A DNA stretch of 64,000 nt. Origin: an uncultured Chloroflexia bacterium (lineage in GTDB: Bacteria > Chloroflexota > Limnocylindria > Limnocylindrales > CSP1-4). A program made the translations under genes and the position numbers. The notes below the pieces were generated by a model. That model searched no databases and was not told the origin of the DNA. It saw only the letters and a program-made list of their open reading frames with translations. Positions 45,985-57,746 of this stretch are shown one piece after another. Numbering within the stretch: position 1 is the stretch's first letter; every line of letters begins with the position of its first letter. Location of the stretch: contig CAWEZH010000003.1 of assembly GCA_963813535.1 (NCBI GenBank), forward strand, positions 320,001 to 384,000, written 5' to 3'.

Positions 45985-46521
45985 TCAGGCGCTGGTGGTC
46001 GTGCCGCGACCGGCTCCCGGGATGGAAACCGGGTTCCGGAGCGACGGGCCCCGAGCGACCAACTGCGCGATGTCCTCGCGGGTGAATTCCGCGAGCTGGT
46101 GCTGGCTGCCGGCCTGGCCGGACAGCAGGAGCCGGACGACGAACGCGCCGTCCTGCTCGAAGAAGAACACATCCCGCGGCTTCTGCTCATCCATGTAGCG
46201 GCCGAGGACGCGGAACGCGGTCTCGTAATGCCCGGCATCGCTCGCCGGCGCAGGGTTCGACCGACCGCGCCGGGCGGCCGCCTCCTCCATGAACCGGGCG
46301 ATGTCGTCGTCGAGGAACGTCAGGGTCTCCTTGATCTGTGTCCCCAGCGAGTCTGACCAGGCGCTTGTCGATGGCGTCGTCATGACGAGACCCTGGACGA
46401 TGAACCCATCCGGCGCCTCGACCAGCAGGACGTCTTTCATGCCGCGCTGATCGAGGAACGCGCCGATCGAGCGGAAGACCTCCTCGAAGTCCTGACGCGG
46501 GCTGCCCTCGTAGATACGCAT
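45985..46521 (-). CDS. Hypothetical protein with internally duplicated domain
   Basis: GGAGGT RBS before ATG 46521; FEEVFRSIGAFLDQRGMKDVLLVEAPDGFIVQ versus YETAFRVLGRYMDEQKPRDVFFFEQDGAFVVR. Confidence 0.75.
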   Translation of the reverse strand: MRIYEGSPRQDFEEVFRSIGAFLDQRGMKDVLLVEAPDGFIVQGLVMTTPSTSAWSDSLGTQIKETLTFLDDDIARFMEEAAARRGRSNPAPASDAGHYETAFRVLGRYMDEQKPRDVFFFEQDGAFVVRLLLSGQAGSQHQLAEFTREDIAQLVARGPSLRNPVSIPGAGRGTTTSA

Positions 46522-46692
46522 GCGGCGCCGACCTCCAGGACCCGGTGGCTCGGGCTCGCGGCTCACGCCACCTTGGCGCAGCGATGCTCGCGCGGTGACC
46601 CCCAAGCTCGGCGAGTGTACCGACCTCAGATAGCGGCGGCAACATCACCATCGTTCCGTTTCTCGGTACGACCGTTGCTGGTGTCTCTCCCG

Positions 46693-47673
46693 TCAGCGAT
46701 CGGGGGCAGCGGATCGGGCCGCCGCCAGCACGGCTGCCAATCGGCCGGCGGTCCGCGCGTTGTTCACGATCAGGGCCGTATTCGCGGGCACGGATCGACC
46801 ATCCGTCAGCTCGGCGATCCTGGCCAGCAGCCACGGCGTCACCGCCGGACCGACGATGCCGGCCGCCTCGGCGTCGTCGATCGCTCGCGCGACCGCGTTC
46901 CGGGCGAGGTCATCGGGGAGTGCCATGTCGGCCGGCACGGGTACGCAGACCAGGGCCCCGCTGCCGAGCCCAAGGCCGAGGTGGGCGGCGACGATCCGAG
47001 CCGCGCCAGCGACGTCCGGCGCCGACGCCGGTGCTTGGATCCCGGAGGAGCGCGCGAAGAAGCCGGGCACCTCTGGCTGCCCGATCACGATCACCGGCAC
47101 GCCCCGCGTCTCCAGGTACTCGAGCGTGGCCGGCACATCGAGGATCGCCTTCGGCCCCGCGCACACGACGGCCATCGCCGTCCGGCCCAGCTCCTCGAGA
47201 TCGGACGAGATGTCGAGGGAGGCCGGGACGCCGTCCGATGCATCGAGGGCGCCGCGATGGACGCCCCCGATGCCGCCCGTCGCGAAGACCGTGATGCCGG
47301 CAGCCGCAGCCGCGATCATCGTCGCCGAGACCGTCGTCGCCGCCCAGCCGCCCTCGGCCAGGGCGATCGCGAGGCTGGGGCGTGCCGCCTTCCGGACCGA
47401 GCCGAGGGGCGCCGTCGCGAGGGCCTCGAGGGTAGAGGCATCAAGCCCGACGAGCAGGCGACCGTCCCGCACAGCGACCGTCGCCGGGACCGCATCCGCA
47501 GTCTCCCGGACCGCAGCTTCCGACGCGGTGGCGACCTCGAGATTCTGCGGATACGGGAGGCCGTGGCTGATCAGCGTCGATTCGAGCGCGACGACCGGGC
47601 GCCCTTCCGCGAGGGCCGTGGCCACCTCGGGCGCGACGACGAGTCGATCGGCGACGGACATCGGGACGGCCAT
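46693..47673 (-). CDS. psuG: Pseudouridine-5'-phosphate glycosidase
   Basis: PVVALESTLISHGLPYPQN, ATTVSATM, FATGGIGGVHRG, DISSDL, GPKAILD and VTPWLL. Confidence 0.95.
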   Translation of the reverse strand: MAVPMSVADRLVVAPEVATALAEGRPVVALESTLISHGLPYPQNLEVATASEAAVRETADAVPATVAVRDGRLLVGLDASTLEALATAPLGSVRKAARPSLAIALAEGGWAATTVSATMIAAAAAGITVFATGGIGGVHRGALDASDGVPASLDISSDLEELGRTAMAVVCAGPKAILDVPATLEYLETRGVPVIVIGQPEVPGFFARSSGIQAPASAPDVAGAARIVAAHLGLGLGSGALVCVPVPADMALPDDLARNAVARAIDDAEAAGIVGPAVTPWLLARIAELTDGRSVPANTALIVNNARTAGRLAAVLAAARSAAPDR

Positions 47674-47708
47674 ACCCGAAGCCTAGCGGCGCGGCTAGGC
47701 TGTCGCGC

Positions 47709-49773
47709 ATGCCCCGTCGACGCGCGATGACACCCGAGGACATCCGGCGCATGGTCGTGGTCGAGGAGCTCGACCTGTCCGTCGATGGCCGGACCGCGGT
47801 GGTCGTCAGGCGCTCGATCCGGGGCAACCGCTACCTCGGCCACCTGTTCGCGATCGACCTCGCGTCCGGCCGCGACGTCCCGTCCCCGCGTCAGCTGACT
47901 CGCGGGGCGATCCGCGATACCAAACCGCGTCTCTGCCCCGACGGCCATACGCTCGCTTTCATCCGAAGCGACCCGACCGACGACGACTCGGTCGCCTCGA
48001 TCGGCATCCTCGACATCCGCCGACCGGACCGGGTGCATATGGCCCGAGTCGGGGGCCACGGCGCGATCGGCGAGGTCGCATGGTCGCCGGACGGTATGCG
48101 ATTGGCCTTCACCGCCGAGGTCGACCCGCCCCGGTTCATCAGCGGCAGGACCCGGCCCATCTCGCGCCGAGGTCCGGCGAACGGAGCGGATGCCGAGACG
48201 CCCCTGGCCCGCCACATCACCAGGACGGACTGGCGCTGGGACGAGGAGGGGCATCGCGACCGATGGGCGCATCTGTTCATCCTCGACATGCCCAACGGCC
48301 GGCCACGGCAGGTGACGAGTGGCGACTGGGGGGTCGCGGAGATCGCCTGGCACCCCGACGGACGGACGATCGCCTTCTCCAGCGACCGCGGCCCGGAACC
48401 CGATCTCCACCCGCGGACGACGATCTGGACCGTCGACGTCGACGACCCAGATACCGAGCCGCGCGAGGTGCTCGGTCCAGGCGGCTGGGCACTGCAGCCG
48501 GCATGGTCGCCGGATGGCCGCTGGATCGCCGCCCAGGGCCTCCTCGACCCGGACCCGATCGATGACGTCAGCCCGGGCGTCCTCCTTGGTCCGGCCGATG
48601 GCTCGCGACCACCCCGGCTCGTCGCGCCGGACCTCGACCGGCCCGTCGGCAACTGGGTCGACTCGGATCTCACCGGCTGGTTCGTTTCCGGCTACAACGG
48701 GCCGTCCTGGCTCGATGACCACCGGATCGTGGCGAGCATCTCGGACCGTGGCCGGTCGCGGCCGTGGGTGTTCGTCGTGGACGACATGGGCGCCGACGTC
48801 GAGTGCTACCCGGCCGCGGACGGCGAGCTGGTGACCCACACCATCGCGGTCGGGCCGGAACACATCGTGTTCCTCGGGACGCAGGGCACTCGGGCGATGG
48901 AGCTCATGACGGTCGCCGTCGGCGACGGGCGCGATGCCGCGCCGCGAACGCGCTCACGGATCGGGTCGCGTTGGCAGGCCGCGTTCGAGATGCCCGAGAT
49001 GCAGCTCGTCCAGGCGCCCGGACCGGCCGGCCCGATCGACGTCTGGATCGCATCGCCGCCGGGCGCCGGCGACGAACGCCTGCCCACCGTCGTCGACGTC
49101 CATGGCGGCCCGCTCGGCGCGTGGGCGCCCGCGCCGCACGTCGAGGTCATCCTCCTCGCGTCTGCGGGCTACCGCGTGATCCTGCCGAACATCCGGGGGT
49201 CGGCGACCTACGGCCGCGACTGGATCACGCCACAGCTCGGCGACTGGGGCGGCGTCGATGCCGCCGACGTCCACGCCGCGGTCGACCACGTCGTGGACCT
49301 TGGCCTGGCCGACCCTGCATCGGCTCGGCGTCATGGGGTTGAGCTACGGCGGCTTCATGGTGCACTGGCTGGTCGGCACGAGCGACCAATTCACGGCCGC
49401 CGTATCGGAGAACGGCGTGACCAACCAGATCACCAGCTGGGCCAACTCGGACAGCGGTCCGGAATACGACCGGGCCTCTCTCATGGGCGATCCGCTGTCG
49501 CCCGAGGGCATCGACAAGCTCTGGCGGCAGTCGCCGTTGCGCAACGTCGCCAACGTGCGGACGCCGTTGCTGATCCTCCAAGCAGAGGCCGACCAGCGCT
49601 GCCCGGCGCCCGACAACGAGCAGTTCTTCGTCGCGCTCCGCCACCTCGGACGCACGGTCGAGTACGTCCTCTATCCCGACGAGTACCACGTCTACGCATC
49701 GGCGGGCCGGCCCGACCGCCGGATCGACCGCAATCGACGGATCATCGACTGGTTCGACCGCTACCTCCGCTGA
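47709..49773 (+). CDS. S9 family peptidase (acylaminoacyl/dipeptidyl peptidase), frameshift near 49315
   Basis: WSPDG propeller repeats, VHGGP and PNIRGSATYG; GLSYGG, DQRCP and EYH follow in the shifted frame. Confidence 0.9.
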
Positions 49774-49876
49774 CGCCGCGCGCGGCGAGACGGACGCCGC
49801 CCCGGACGTTTCGCCCACCGCCGAGTGGCCCCATCCCGGCATCGCGGCGGCTGGACATCCCGGTCATCATCGATCC

Positions 49877-51484
49877 ATGACGCGCACGCGCCGCCCCCGA
49901 GCCCGTGCCGCCGCCGTCGCGGTCGCCGCGCTTGCAGCCCTCATCGTCGTCCCGAGCACGGCCCTCGCCTGGGCCGAGTTCCCCAAGGGTTACGAGGGGT
50001 ACCACACCCACTCCGAGATCACGGCCCTGACGAAGTCGGTCGCCGACGCGCACCCCGCCATCGCATCGCGCTTCAGCATCGGGAAGAGCTATCGCGGCCG
50101 CGACATGTGGGCCATGAAGATCTCGGACAACGTCGCCACGGACGAGGCCGAGCCCGAGGTCCTGTTCGACGGCGGCCATCACGCCGACGAGCACATGGGC
50201 GTCGAGATGATCATCAAGATCATGCGCTGGCTGGTCGATGGGTACGGCACGAACTCGCGCATCACGAACATCGTCAACGGCCGCGAGATCTGGCTCGTCT
50301 TCTCGGTCAACCCGGATGGCGCCGACTACGACATCGGCAACGGCCAATTCCATTACTGGCGGAAGAACCGCCAGCCGACGCCTGGGACCGGCTACATCGG
50401 CACGGACCTCAACCGCAACTACTCCTACAAGTGGGGCGGTGGCGGGCGAACGAGCTCGAACCCCGCGGCGATCACGTACCGTGGCCCGAGATCGTTCTCG
50501 GCACCCGAGACCCGCGCGATGCGCGACTTCCTGGCGAACCGCGTCGTCGCCAGCCGCCAGCAGATCCGGGCGCACATCACCTTCCACGAGGCCGGCCGGC
50601 TGGTGATGTGGCCGTACGGCTACACCTACACCAACCTCCCCGGTGACATGACCGCCCAGGACTACCAGGCGTTCGTCCACATGGGCCGCGCCATGGCCAA
50701 GACGAATGGCTACCGGCCCCAGCAGGCGAGCGACCTGTACATCTCCTCCGGGACGACCCGTGACTACGCCTACGGCGTCTACCGGACCTTCTCGTACACA
50801 TTCGAGATGTCCAACCGCGACTACATGGACGACAGCCTCATCGCGTCGGAGACAGGCCGGAACAAGAGCGCCGTGCTCTACCTGGCGGAGCGGGCATGGT
50901 GTCCGTACTCGGTGCTTGGTGCGTCCTACGTGACGTGGCGTTGCGGCGCATTCGACGACGACTTCGAGGCGGCTCGCGGTTGGGTCACGAATCCCGGTGG
51001 CAGCGACACGGCGACGAGCGGCGCGTTCGCACGCGGCAACCCCGAGGGCACGTCGTCGAGCGGGGCCAAGCAGCTGGGGACGGTGCCGTCGGGTTCCCGG
51101 GCGCTGACCACCGGCCTGCTGGCCGGATCCTCGGTCAACGCCAACGACCTCGATGGGCGGACGACCGTTCGCTCGGCGCCGATCAAGCTCCCGACGACGA
51201 ACGGCCAGCGGCTGTTCTTCCGCTACGTCTTCGCCCACCGATCGAATGCCTCGTCGGCCGATCGACTGGTCGTGTCCGTCGAGGAGTCAGGCGGCGCGCG
51301 GACGGCGGTCTTCACCAAGACCGGCTCGGCGACCGACGTCGACGGCGCGTGGCGCAACGTCTACGCCGCTCTCGACGCGTGGAAGGGCCAGACCATCCGG
51401 ATCCACATCGAGGCGGTCGACGGTGGCTCGAACAGCACGATCGAAGCCCAGATCGACGACGTACGGGTGACGCGCGGGACCTGA
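49877..51484 (+). CDS. Secreted M14 zinc carboxypeptidase (carboxypeptidase T-like) with C-terminal beta domain
   Basis: Signal peptide; GHHADEH, VNPDG, WRKNR, DLNRNY, FSAPET, TFHE and FEM. Confidence 0.92.
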   Translation: MTRTRRPRARAAAVAVAALAALIVVPSTALAWAEFPKGYEGYHTHSEITALTKSVADAHPAIASRFSIGKSYRGRDMWAMKISDNVATDEAEPEVLFDGGHHADEHMGVEMIIKIMRWLVDGYGTNSRITNIVNGREIWLVFSVNPDGADYDIGNGQFHYWRKNRQPTPGTGYIGTDLNRNYSYKWGGGGRTSSNPAAITYRGPRSFSAPETRAMRDFLANRVVASRQQIRAHITFHEAGRLVMWPYGYTYTNLPGDMTAQDYQAFVHMGRAMAKTNGYRPQQASDLYISSGTTRDYAYGVYRTFSYTFEMSNRDYMDDSLIASETGRNKSAVLYLAERAWCPYSVLGASYVTWRCGAFDDDFEAARGWVTNPGGSDTATSGAFARGNPEGTSSSGAKQLGTVPSGSRALTTGLLAGSSVNANDLDGRTTVRSAPIKLPTTNGQRLFFRYVFAHRSNASSADRLVVSVEESGGARTAVFTKTGSATDVDGAWRNVYAALDAWKGQTIRIHIEAVDGGSNSTIEAQIDDVRVTRGT

Positions 51485-51520
51485 GCGAGACGAACGCAGG
51501 GCGCTTGCCTCCGCTGCAGG

Positions 51521-54500
51521 TCAGCGGCGGGGCCTCGCGCGCGGGGACTTGCGATGCCGTCGATCCGGGCTCCGATCGAGACGACGGACGGCGATCAGGA
51601 ACGACCCACAGACGACGAGCAACGCGGCGATCAACGAGAGCGCAGCCGTGGTCGGACCAGCCGGCAGGAGCGTGCCCGTTTCCGGAGCCTGGCCTCCCCC
51701 GCCGGGCGCAGACGATTCGATCACGGTGGTCGTGTCCGACGCGGTGTCGTTGGTCGGATCGGCATCGATCAGCACGCTCGACACCCTGACGGTCGCGGTC
51801 TGGACACCCGCCGGCGCAGTGGCCAGCACCGTGTACTCGACGGTCACGGTGGCGCTCCCGCCGGCCGCGATGGTGCCCAGGGCACAGCTGAAGTCGGGGC
51901 CCGCGCCGAGCGGGCCGCAAGACCCCTGCGATGGGCTGATCGCGCCCTGACTGAAGGCCGCCGGCCAGCTATCGGTGAGGCTGACCAGCGTCGCATCCGA
52001 CGGGCCGCCGTTGGTGACGATGATGGTGTAAGCGTGGGTCAGGCCATCGCCTGCGACCACGCTGGCCAGGCCATCGCTGACGCTGACGGCGAGATCGCCG
52101 GAGCCGACGATGGCGGTCGCGTCCGAGCCCGTGATACCGCCCGGGTTCTCGGCGCTGGTCGCACGCGCCGTATTGGTCACGGTCCCGGGCGTGGCTCCCG
52201 GGCCGACGGTGTAGGGGACCGTGACCGTCCAGGTCGCACCGACCGCCAGGCTGGCCGGGAGCGCGCACGCGATGGTGTTGCCGAGCGAGCCCGTGCAGTC
52301 GCCCCCGAGATCGGCGCTCGGCGTCCCCACTGTGAGCGCCGCCGGGACGACGTCGTCGAGGGCGACGCTGTCGGCGTCGGACGGGCCGGCGTTGCTGACC
52401 GTGACCGTGTAGGCATGGCTCAGGCCGTCACCGGCCACGGCGCTGGCGAGGCCGTCGTCCTTGACGACCGTGAGCGCGGACAGCTCGATCACGGTGGTGG
52501 TATCGGACGCCGTGTCGTTGGTGGGGTCGGCGTCTACGAGCGCGCTCGACACGCTGACCGTCTCGGTCTGGACGCCAGAGGCGGCGTCGGCCGGTACGGT
52601 GTAGGCGACGTTCACGGTAGCGCTTCCCCCGGCGGCGATAGTGCCCAGCGCACAGCTGAAGTCGGGGCCCGCGCCGATCGGGGTGCAGCTGCCTTGGGAG
52701 GGACTGATCGTGCCCTGCACGAAGCCCGTTGGCCAGCTGTCGGACAGGCTGACCAGGGTCGCATCGGACAGCCCACCGTTGCTCACGGTGATCGTGTAGG
52801 CATGGGTCACGCCATCGCCGGCGACAACGCTGGCCAGGCCGTCACTGACGCTGACCGCGAGATCGACGGTCGGCTCACCCACGGCAAACTCGCTGAACGA
52901 CGTGAGACCAAACGCCTGCGTGCTCGTGGCGGTCCGCGTGCCGGGCGGCGTGAGCGTCCAGCTCGTTCCGTCGCGCTTGCCAACGACGAACACGGCCGTC
53001 GTCGAGCCCGGGTCGACGTCGGCAGGGACGAATGTGAACGTCGCGTCGTAAGTGGTGAACAGCAATCCGGCGTTGCTCAGGGTCCACCAGCGATTGACGC
53101 TTCGGGTCGGGGCCAGGCCCGAGTTGGCGATATCTGGATGGTCGCCCGGCGTGGTGCTCGCGACGATCTCACCAGTCGACGTGATGCTCGCGAAGAGCAG
53201 CGTCACCGGTGCGTATCTGGCGGCGTCGCCGATCTCGAACGTGGCCGGCACCGCCGCGCCCGTGTTGAGCGTCTTGCCGAGCTTGCCGACGACCCGGCCG
53301 GTCGTCCGGACCACCGTCCCCGTGAGGGCGATGTGGATCGTCGCCGTCCCGTCCGTCACGGGACCACCTGACAGCGTCAACGTGCCGCCGATCGTGAGAT
53401 CCATTGACACGGCGAGTCCGCTGGTGTTGGTCACGGTCAGGTTGTTGAGCAACGTGACGCTGGTCGGCAACGTGATGCCAGCGGCGGCGCCGGCAACCGT
53501 GATCGACGAGTTCGCACCCGTCACGAGGTTGGTGCCCGTACCGGCGATGGGGTTGTTGATCGTCAGACGACGGTTTGAGAGGTTGAAGCTCCCACTCGTC
53601 AGGGTGAGCGTGCCGGTCGTGACCACGTCCGTGGCGAGCGTTACGCCCGCCGGGTCGTCGACGACGAGGTTGAACGCCGGAAGGGACGAGCTGCCGGAGA
53701 TCGTCTGGCCCAGTGATCCGTTCAACGTGAGCGTGCTGGTGCCCTGGAACGATCGTCCCGTTGTTGACGATGTTGCCGGCGACCGAGACGCTGCTGCCGT
53801 TCTCACGGAATGTACCGACGACCGTGAGGCTCCCGGAGATCACGAGAGCGAAGTTACTGGCCGACGTCGTGAACGTGCCCGCGTTCACGGACAGGTCATG
53901 CAGGACCGTCATCGCGGTCCCGAGCGTGGTCGTGCCCCCATTGCCGACGACGTCGTAGAAGGCCATGCCCACGCTGCGGACAGTGCCGCCCGCGAAGACG
54001 AGCGTCGAGCTGCCCGGGTCGACGGTTCCCGCGGTGTACGTCCAGCCGGTGGCGGTGCGGATCGTGCCGGCCAGGGTGAGCGTGCCCGAGGGCTTGTTGA
54101 TGACGACGGGCGGCAGCGCCCCGGCGGCCGTCGTGGCGGCACCCGTGAAGGTCTGCGCGCCGGCGCCGTTGATGAGCAGGGTCGCCGTCCCGCCGGTCGT
54201 GGTGGAGGCCTGGCTGATCGATCCCTGGGCGGCCAGCGTGCCGGTCCCGTTGAGCGCGCCGCTGGTCAGGCTGAGCGAGCCCGTCACGGTCAGCGTGGTT
54301 CCGGCGGCGATCGACGTTGTCGCACGGAAGTCGACGGCGTTGAGGCTGTGCGACCCGCTGATCGTGCCGCCCGCGAAGACGACCGTCGAGCTGCCCGGGT
54401 CGACGGTACCCGCGGTGTACGTCCAGCCGGTGGCGGTGCGCAGAGTACCGGCCAGGGTGAGCGTGCCCGACGGCTTGTTGATGACGACGGGCGGCAGCGC

Positions 54501-56418
54501 CCCCGCGGCGGTGGTGGCGGCACCGGTGAAGGTCTGCGCGCCGGCGCCGTTGATGAGCAGGGTGGCCGTCCCGCCGGTCGTCGTGGAGGCCTGGCTGATG
54601 GATCCCTGGGCGGCCAGCGTGCCGGTCCCGTTGAGCGCACCGCTGGTCAGGCTGAGCGAGCCCGTCACGGTCAGCGTGGTCCCGGCGGCGATCGACGTGG
54701 TCGCTCGCAGGTCGACCGCGTTGAGGCCGTGCGAGCCCGTGATCGTGCCGCCCGCGAAGACGAGCGTGGAGGTGCCCGGGTCGACGGTTCCCGCGGTGTA
54801 CGTCCAGCCGGTGGCGGTGCGGATCGTGCCGGCCAGGGTGAGCGTGCCCGAGGGCTTGTTGATGACCACCGCCGGCAGGTTGCCGCTGGCCGTGGTCGAC
54901 GCCCCGGTCAGGGTCTGGGCAGCGCCCCCGTTGACGAGCAGGGTCGCGCTGCCGCCGCCATAGCCGAGCGCCTGGTTGATCGCTCCCTGCGCAGCGAGGG
55001 TGCCGATGTTGAGGGTGCTCGCGGTTAGCGTGGTCGTGCCGAGCGCGGTGAGCGTCGTCCCGGCGGCGATCGTCGTGGCTCCCCGGAAGTCGAGCGCGTT
55101 GAGGCTGTGCGACCCGCTGATCGTGCCGCCCGCGAAGACGACCGTCGAGCTGCCCGGGTCGACGGTACCCGCGGTGTACGTCCAGCCGGTGGCGGTGCGC
55201 AGAGTACCGGCCAGGGTGAGCGTGCCCGACGGCTTGTTGATGACGACGGGCGGCAGCGCCCCCGCGGCGGTGGTGGCGGCACCGGTGAAGGTCTGCGCGC
55301 CGGCGCCGTTGATGAGCAGGGTCGCCGTCCCGCCGGTCGTCGTGGAGGCTTGGCTGATGGATCCCTGGGCGGCCAGCGTGCCGGTCCCGTTGAGCGCACC
55401 GCTGGTCAGGCTGAGCGAGCCCGTCACGGTCAGCGTGGTCCCGGCGGCGATCGACGTTGTCGCTCGCAGGTCGACCGCGTTGAGGCCGTGCGAGCCCGGT
55501 GATCGTGCCGCCCGCGAAGACGAGCGTGGAGGTGCCCGGGTCGACGGTTCCCGCGGTGTACGTCCAGCCGGTGGCGGTGCGGATCGTGCCGGCCAGGGTG
55601 AGCGTGCCCGAGGGCTTGTTGATGACCACCGCCGGCAGGTTGCCGCTGGCCGTGGTCGATGCCCCGGTCAGGGTCTGGGCAGCGCCCCCGTTGACGAGCA
55701 GGGTCGCGCTGCCACCGCCATAGCCGAGCGCCTGGTTGATCGCCCCTTGCGCAGCGACCGTACCCACCCCGTTGATCGAACCACCGGTCAGGCTCAGCGT
55801 GCCGCCGACACTGAGCGTCGTGCCAGCAGCGATGGTCTTCGTCGCGTTGAACGCGGCGTTGTTGAGCGAGACCAGCCCCGCCGTATCGATCGTCGCAGCA
55901 CCGCCACTGAAGGTAGCGCTCCCACCGTTCGCGTTGAACGTCCCGCCGGTGACGGTCGTGGCGCCCGTGACAGTGAGTGTCCCGGAGGTAGCGGTAAACG
56001 AGCCACCGCTCAGGCTCAGCGGTCCGTTGAGGGTGATGTTCGAAGTCCCACCCACGAAGGCCGCCCCAGTCTGGGTGAAGCCCGCCGCACCCACTGTCAT
56101 CGCGACACCGGCGGCCTGCGTGACGCTTCCGCCGTATGCGGACGTGACCGATAGCCCACTGACGTTGACCGCCACATTGATCGTGGCGTTCTTTGAGCCG
56201 GTCGCGTCGAAGGTCGCTACATCCGCGGCGCCCGGGATGAGCCCGCCGAGCCAGTTGGCCGCCTCGTTCCAATTGTTCGTCAGACCGAGCCCGCTCCAGG
56301 TTCTGACCGCACCCGAGACCGGCCTCGACGCGAACGCGAGCATGCCGACGAACGCGACAACAAGGGCGATGCCTAGCAAGGCGAATGCACGCCCAGGGGA
56401 GTCGTAGCGGAGGGACAT
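51521..56418 (-). CDS. Large surface adhesin-like protein: beta-strand repeats, DUF11-like Ig domains and APETG sorting signal; frameshifts near 55497 and 53750
   Basis: Signal peptide and TWSG...NNWN...NW start; five ~127-aa T/G/A-rich repeats; three DUF11-like units (YTITVSNGG/AGPSDA...NDTASDTT); APETG-TM-basic tail. Confidence 0.8.
53983..55880. repeat. Five near-identical 378-382-bp tandem units in the adhesin gene
   Basis: Anchor gtgccgcccgcgaagacg recurs at 53983, 54364, 54745, 55123 and 55505 (periods 381, 381, 378, 382). Confidence 0.9.
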
Positions 56419-56702
56419 ACCGTCTCTCAACTCCCCCTCTATGCGGTTCTACGCCTCACTCCCACACGTGCTACGGATCGCGGAGCGATGAGACGCGCCA
56501 GCAAGACCGCGCAACCCCGAAGTGAGACGGCCCTGGAAATTGATCTCGCGTCGAGAATCGGGACGGCGAGTGATGGGGGCTCCGTCCGGAGTTCGCGAAG
56601 GCGTGAGGATACTCTCGGTGTGGTCCCGAGATGCTTCCAATCAGTCTCCCGCACCGCGTCAAGCCAGACTCGCACAGCGGGATGGCTGGCGACCGGTCCT
56701 CC

Positions 56703-57662
56703 CTACGCCAGCGGGAGCTCCTGCCGGGGTGTCGACAGCTGGCGCGCAGCAGCGCGATGGCCGGCGAGCGCCGCTCGCTGCAGTGACGCCGGAAGGGACT
56801 TGCCCGCCGCCCTGGACGTGAACCAGCCGACGAGGAAGCCGGCATCGAACGCATCGCCGGCACCGGTCGTGTCGGTCGTCGCGATAGGTGTCGTCGCGAC
56901 CTCGAATCGGAGGCGTTGATCGCCGTCCCGTGCGAGGACCGTGGCCCCCTTCGGTCCGCGCTTGACGACAGCGATCGCGGCAACGTCCAACAAGCCTTCG
57001 ACAGCGTACCGGCCGAGCAGGGCTTCGGCCTCGGACGCGGTCGCGAACAGCATGTCCGGGGCGATGTCGTCGATCAGCGCGCGGGCCGCTCGACGCCCGC
57101 GGGCCAGCAGCGGACCGATCGAGGCGAGGTCGATGCAGATCGCCGCATGCCCGGACCGGCCGAGCTCGATGCCACGGCGGCCGGCCAGGCTGAGCGGCTC
57201 GTCGAGCAGCGAATAGACCGGCAGGTGCACGGCGTCGGCCCGCGCGAACCAGCTCGCCTTGAGGTCATCCGGTCCGAGCTGCAGCGCCGCGGCGCGGTCC
57301 TGGACGAACGACCGCTCGCCATCGGGCGCGACGAGAACGCCGATCCGTCCCGTCCGAACACCGGCGACCCGGGTGACGCGCGGCGTCACGCCATCGCTCC
57401 GCAGGGCATCGACCAGCGCGCGGCCTGCCGCATCACGCCCCACCGCGGCGACGAGCGATGACCGTGCGCCGAGTCTCCCGAGCCAGCGCGCTGCGGTCGC
57501 TGCCGAACCACCCTGCGCGAGGATCACCCGACCCGGGACGTCGCTCCCATGCTCGAGTGAGCGCTCCGGTCGGAGCACGACGTCGACGACGAGGTCGCCG
57601 ATCACGACGATCCGAGGCCGCCCGGGTGCGCGTCGGGGCCGGCTCGGTCGGAGGGACGGCAT
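56703..57662 (-). CDS. PfkB family carbohydrate kinase (possible pseudouridine kinase)
   Basis: [26 protein letters not shown] and [13 protein letters not shown]; ATG at 57662. Confidence 0.88.
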   Translation of the reverse strand: MPSLRPSRPRRAPGRPRIVVIGDLVVDVVLRPERSLEHGSDVPGRVILAQGGSAATAARWLGRLGARSSLVAAVGRDAAGRALVDALRSDGVTPRVTRVAGVRTGRIGVLVAPDGERSFVQDRAAALQLGPDDLKASWFARADAVHLPVYSLLDEPLSLAGRRGIELGRSGHAAICIDLASIGPLLARGRRAARALIDDIAPDMLFATASEAEALLGRYAVEGLLDVAAIAVVKRGPKGATVLARDGDQRLRFEVATTPIATTDTTGAGDAFDAGFLVGWFTSRAAGKSLPASLQRAALAGHRAAARQLSTPRQELPLA

Positions 57663-57746
57663 GCATCGAGGATACCCGCCGCCTCCACCTACAATGGCCG
57701 TCCGACCGGCATACCCCCAGGCGGTCGCGCACCGGGAGTGCTGCCC

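Noticed and set aside
49300-49330. Programmed frameshifting in the S9 peptidase (likewise near 1843 and 60990)
   Set aside because: No slippery heptamer is evident, and indels are widespread in the window, so sequencing error is more parsimonious.
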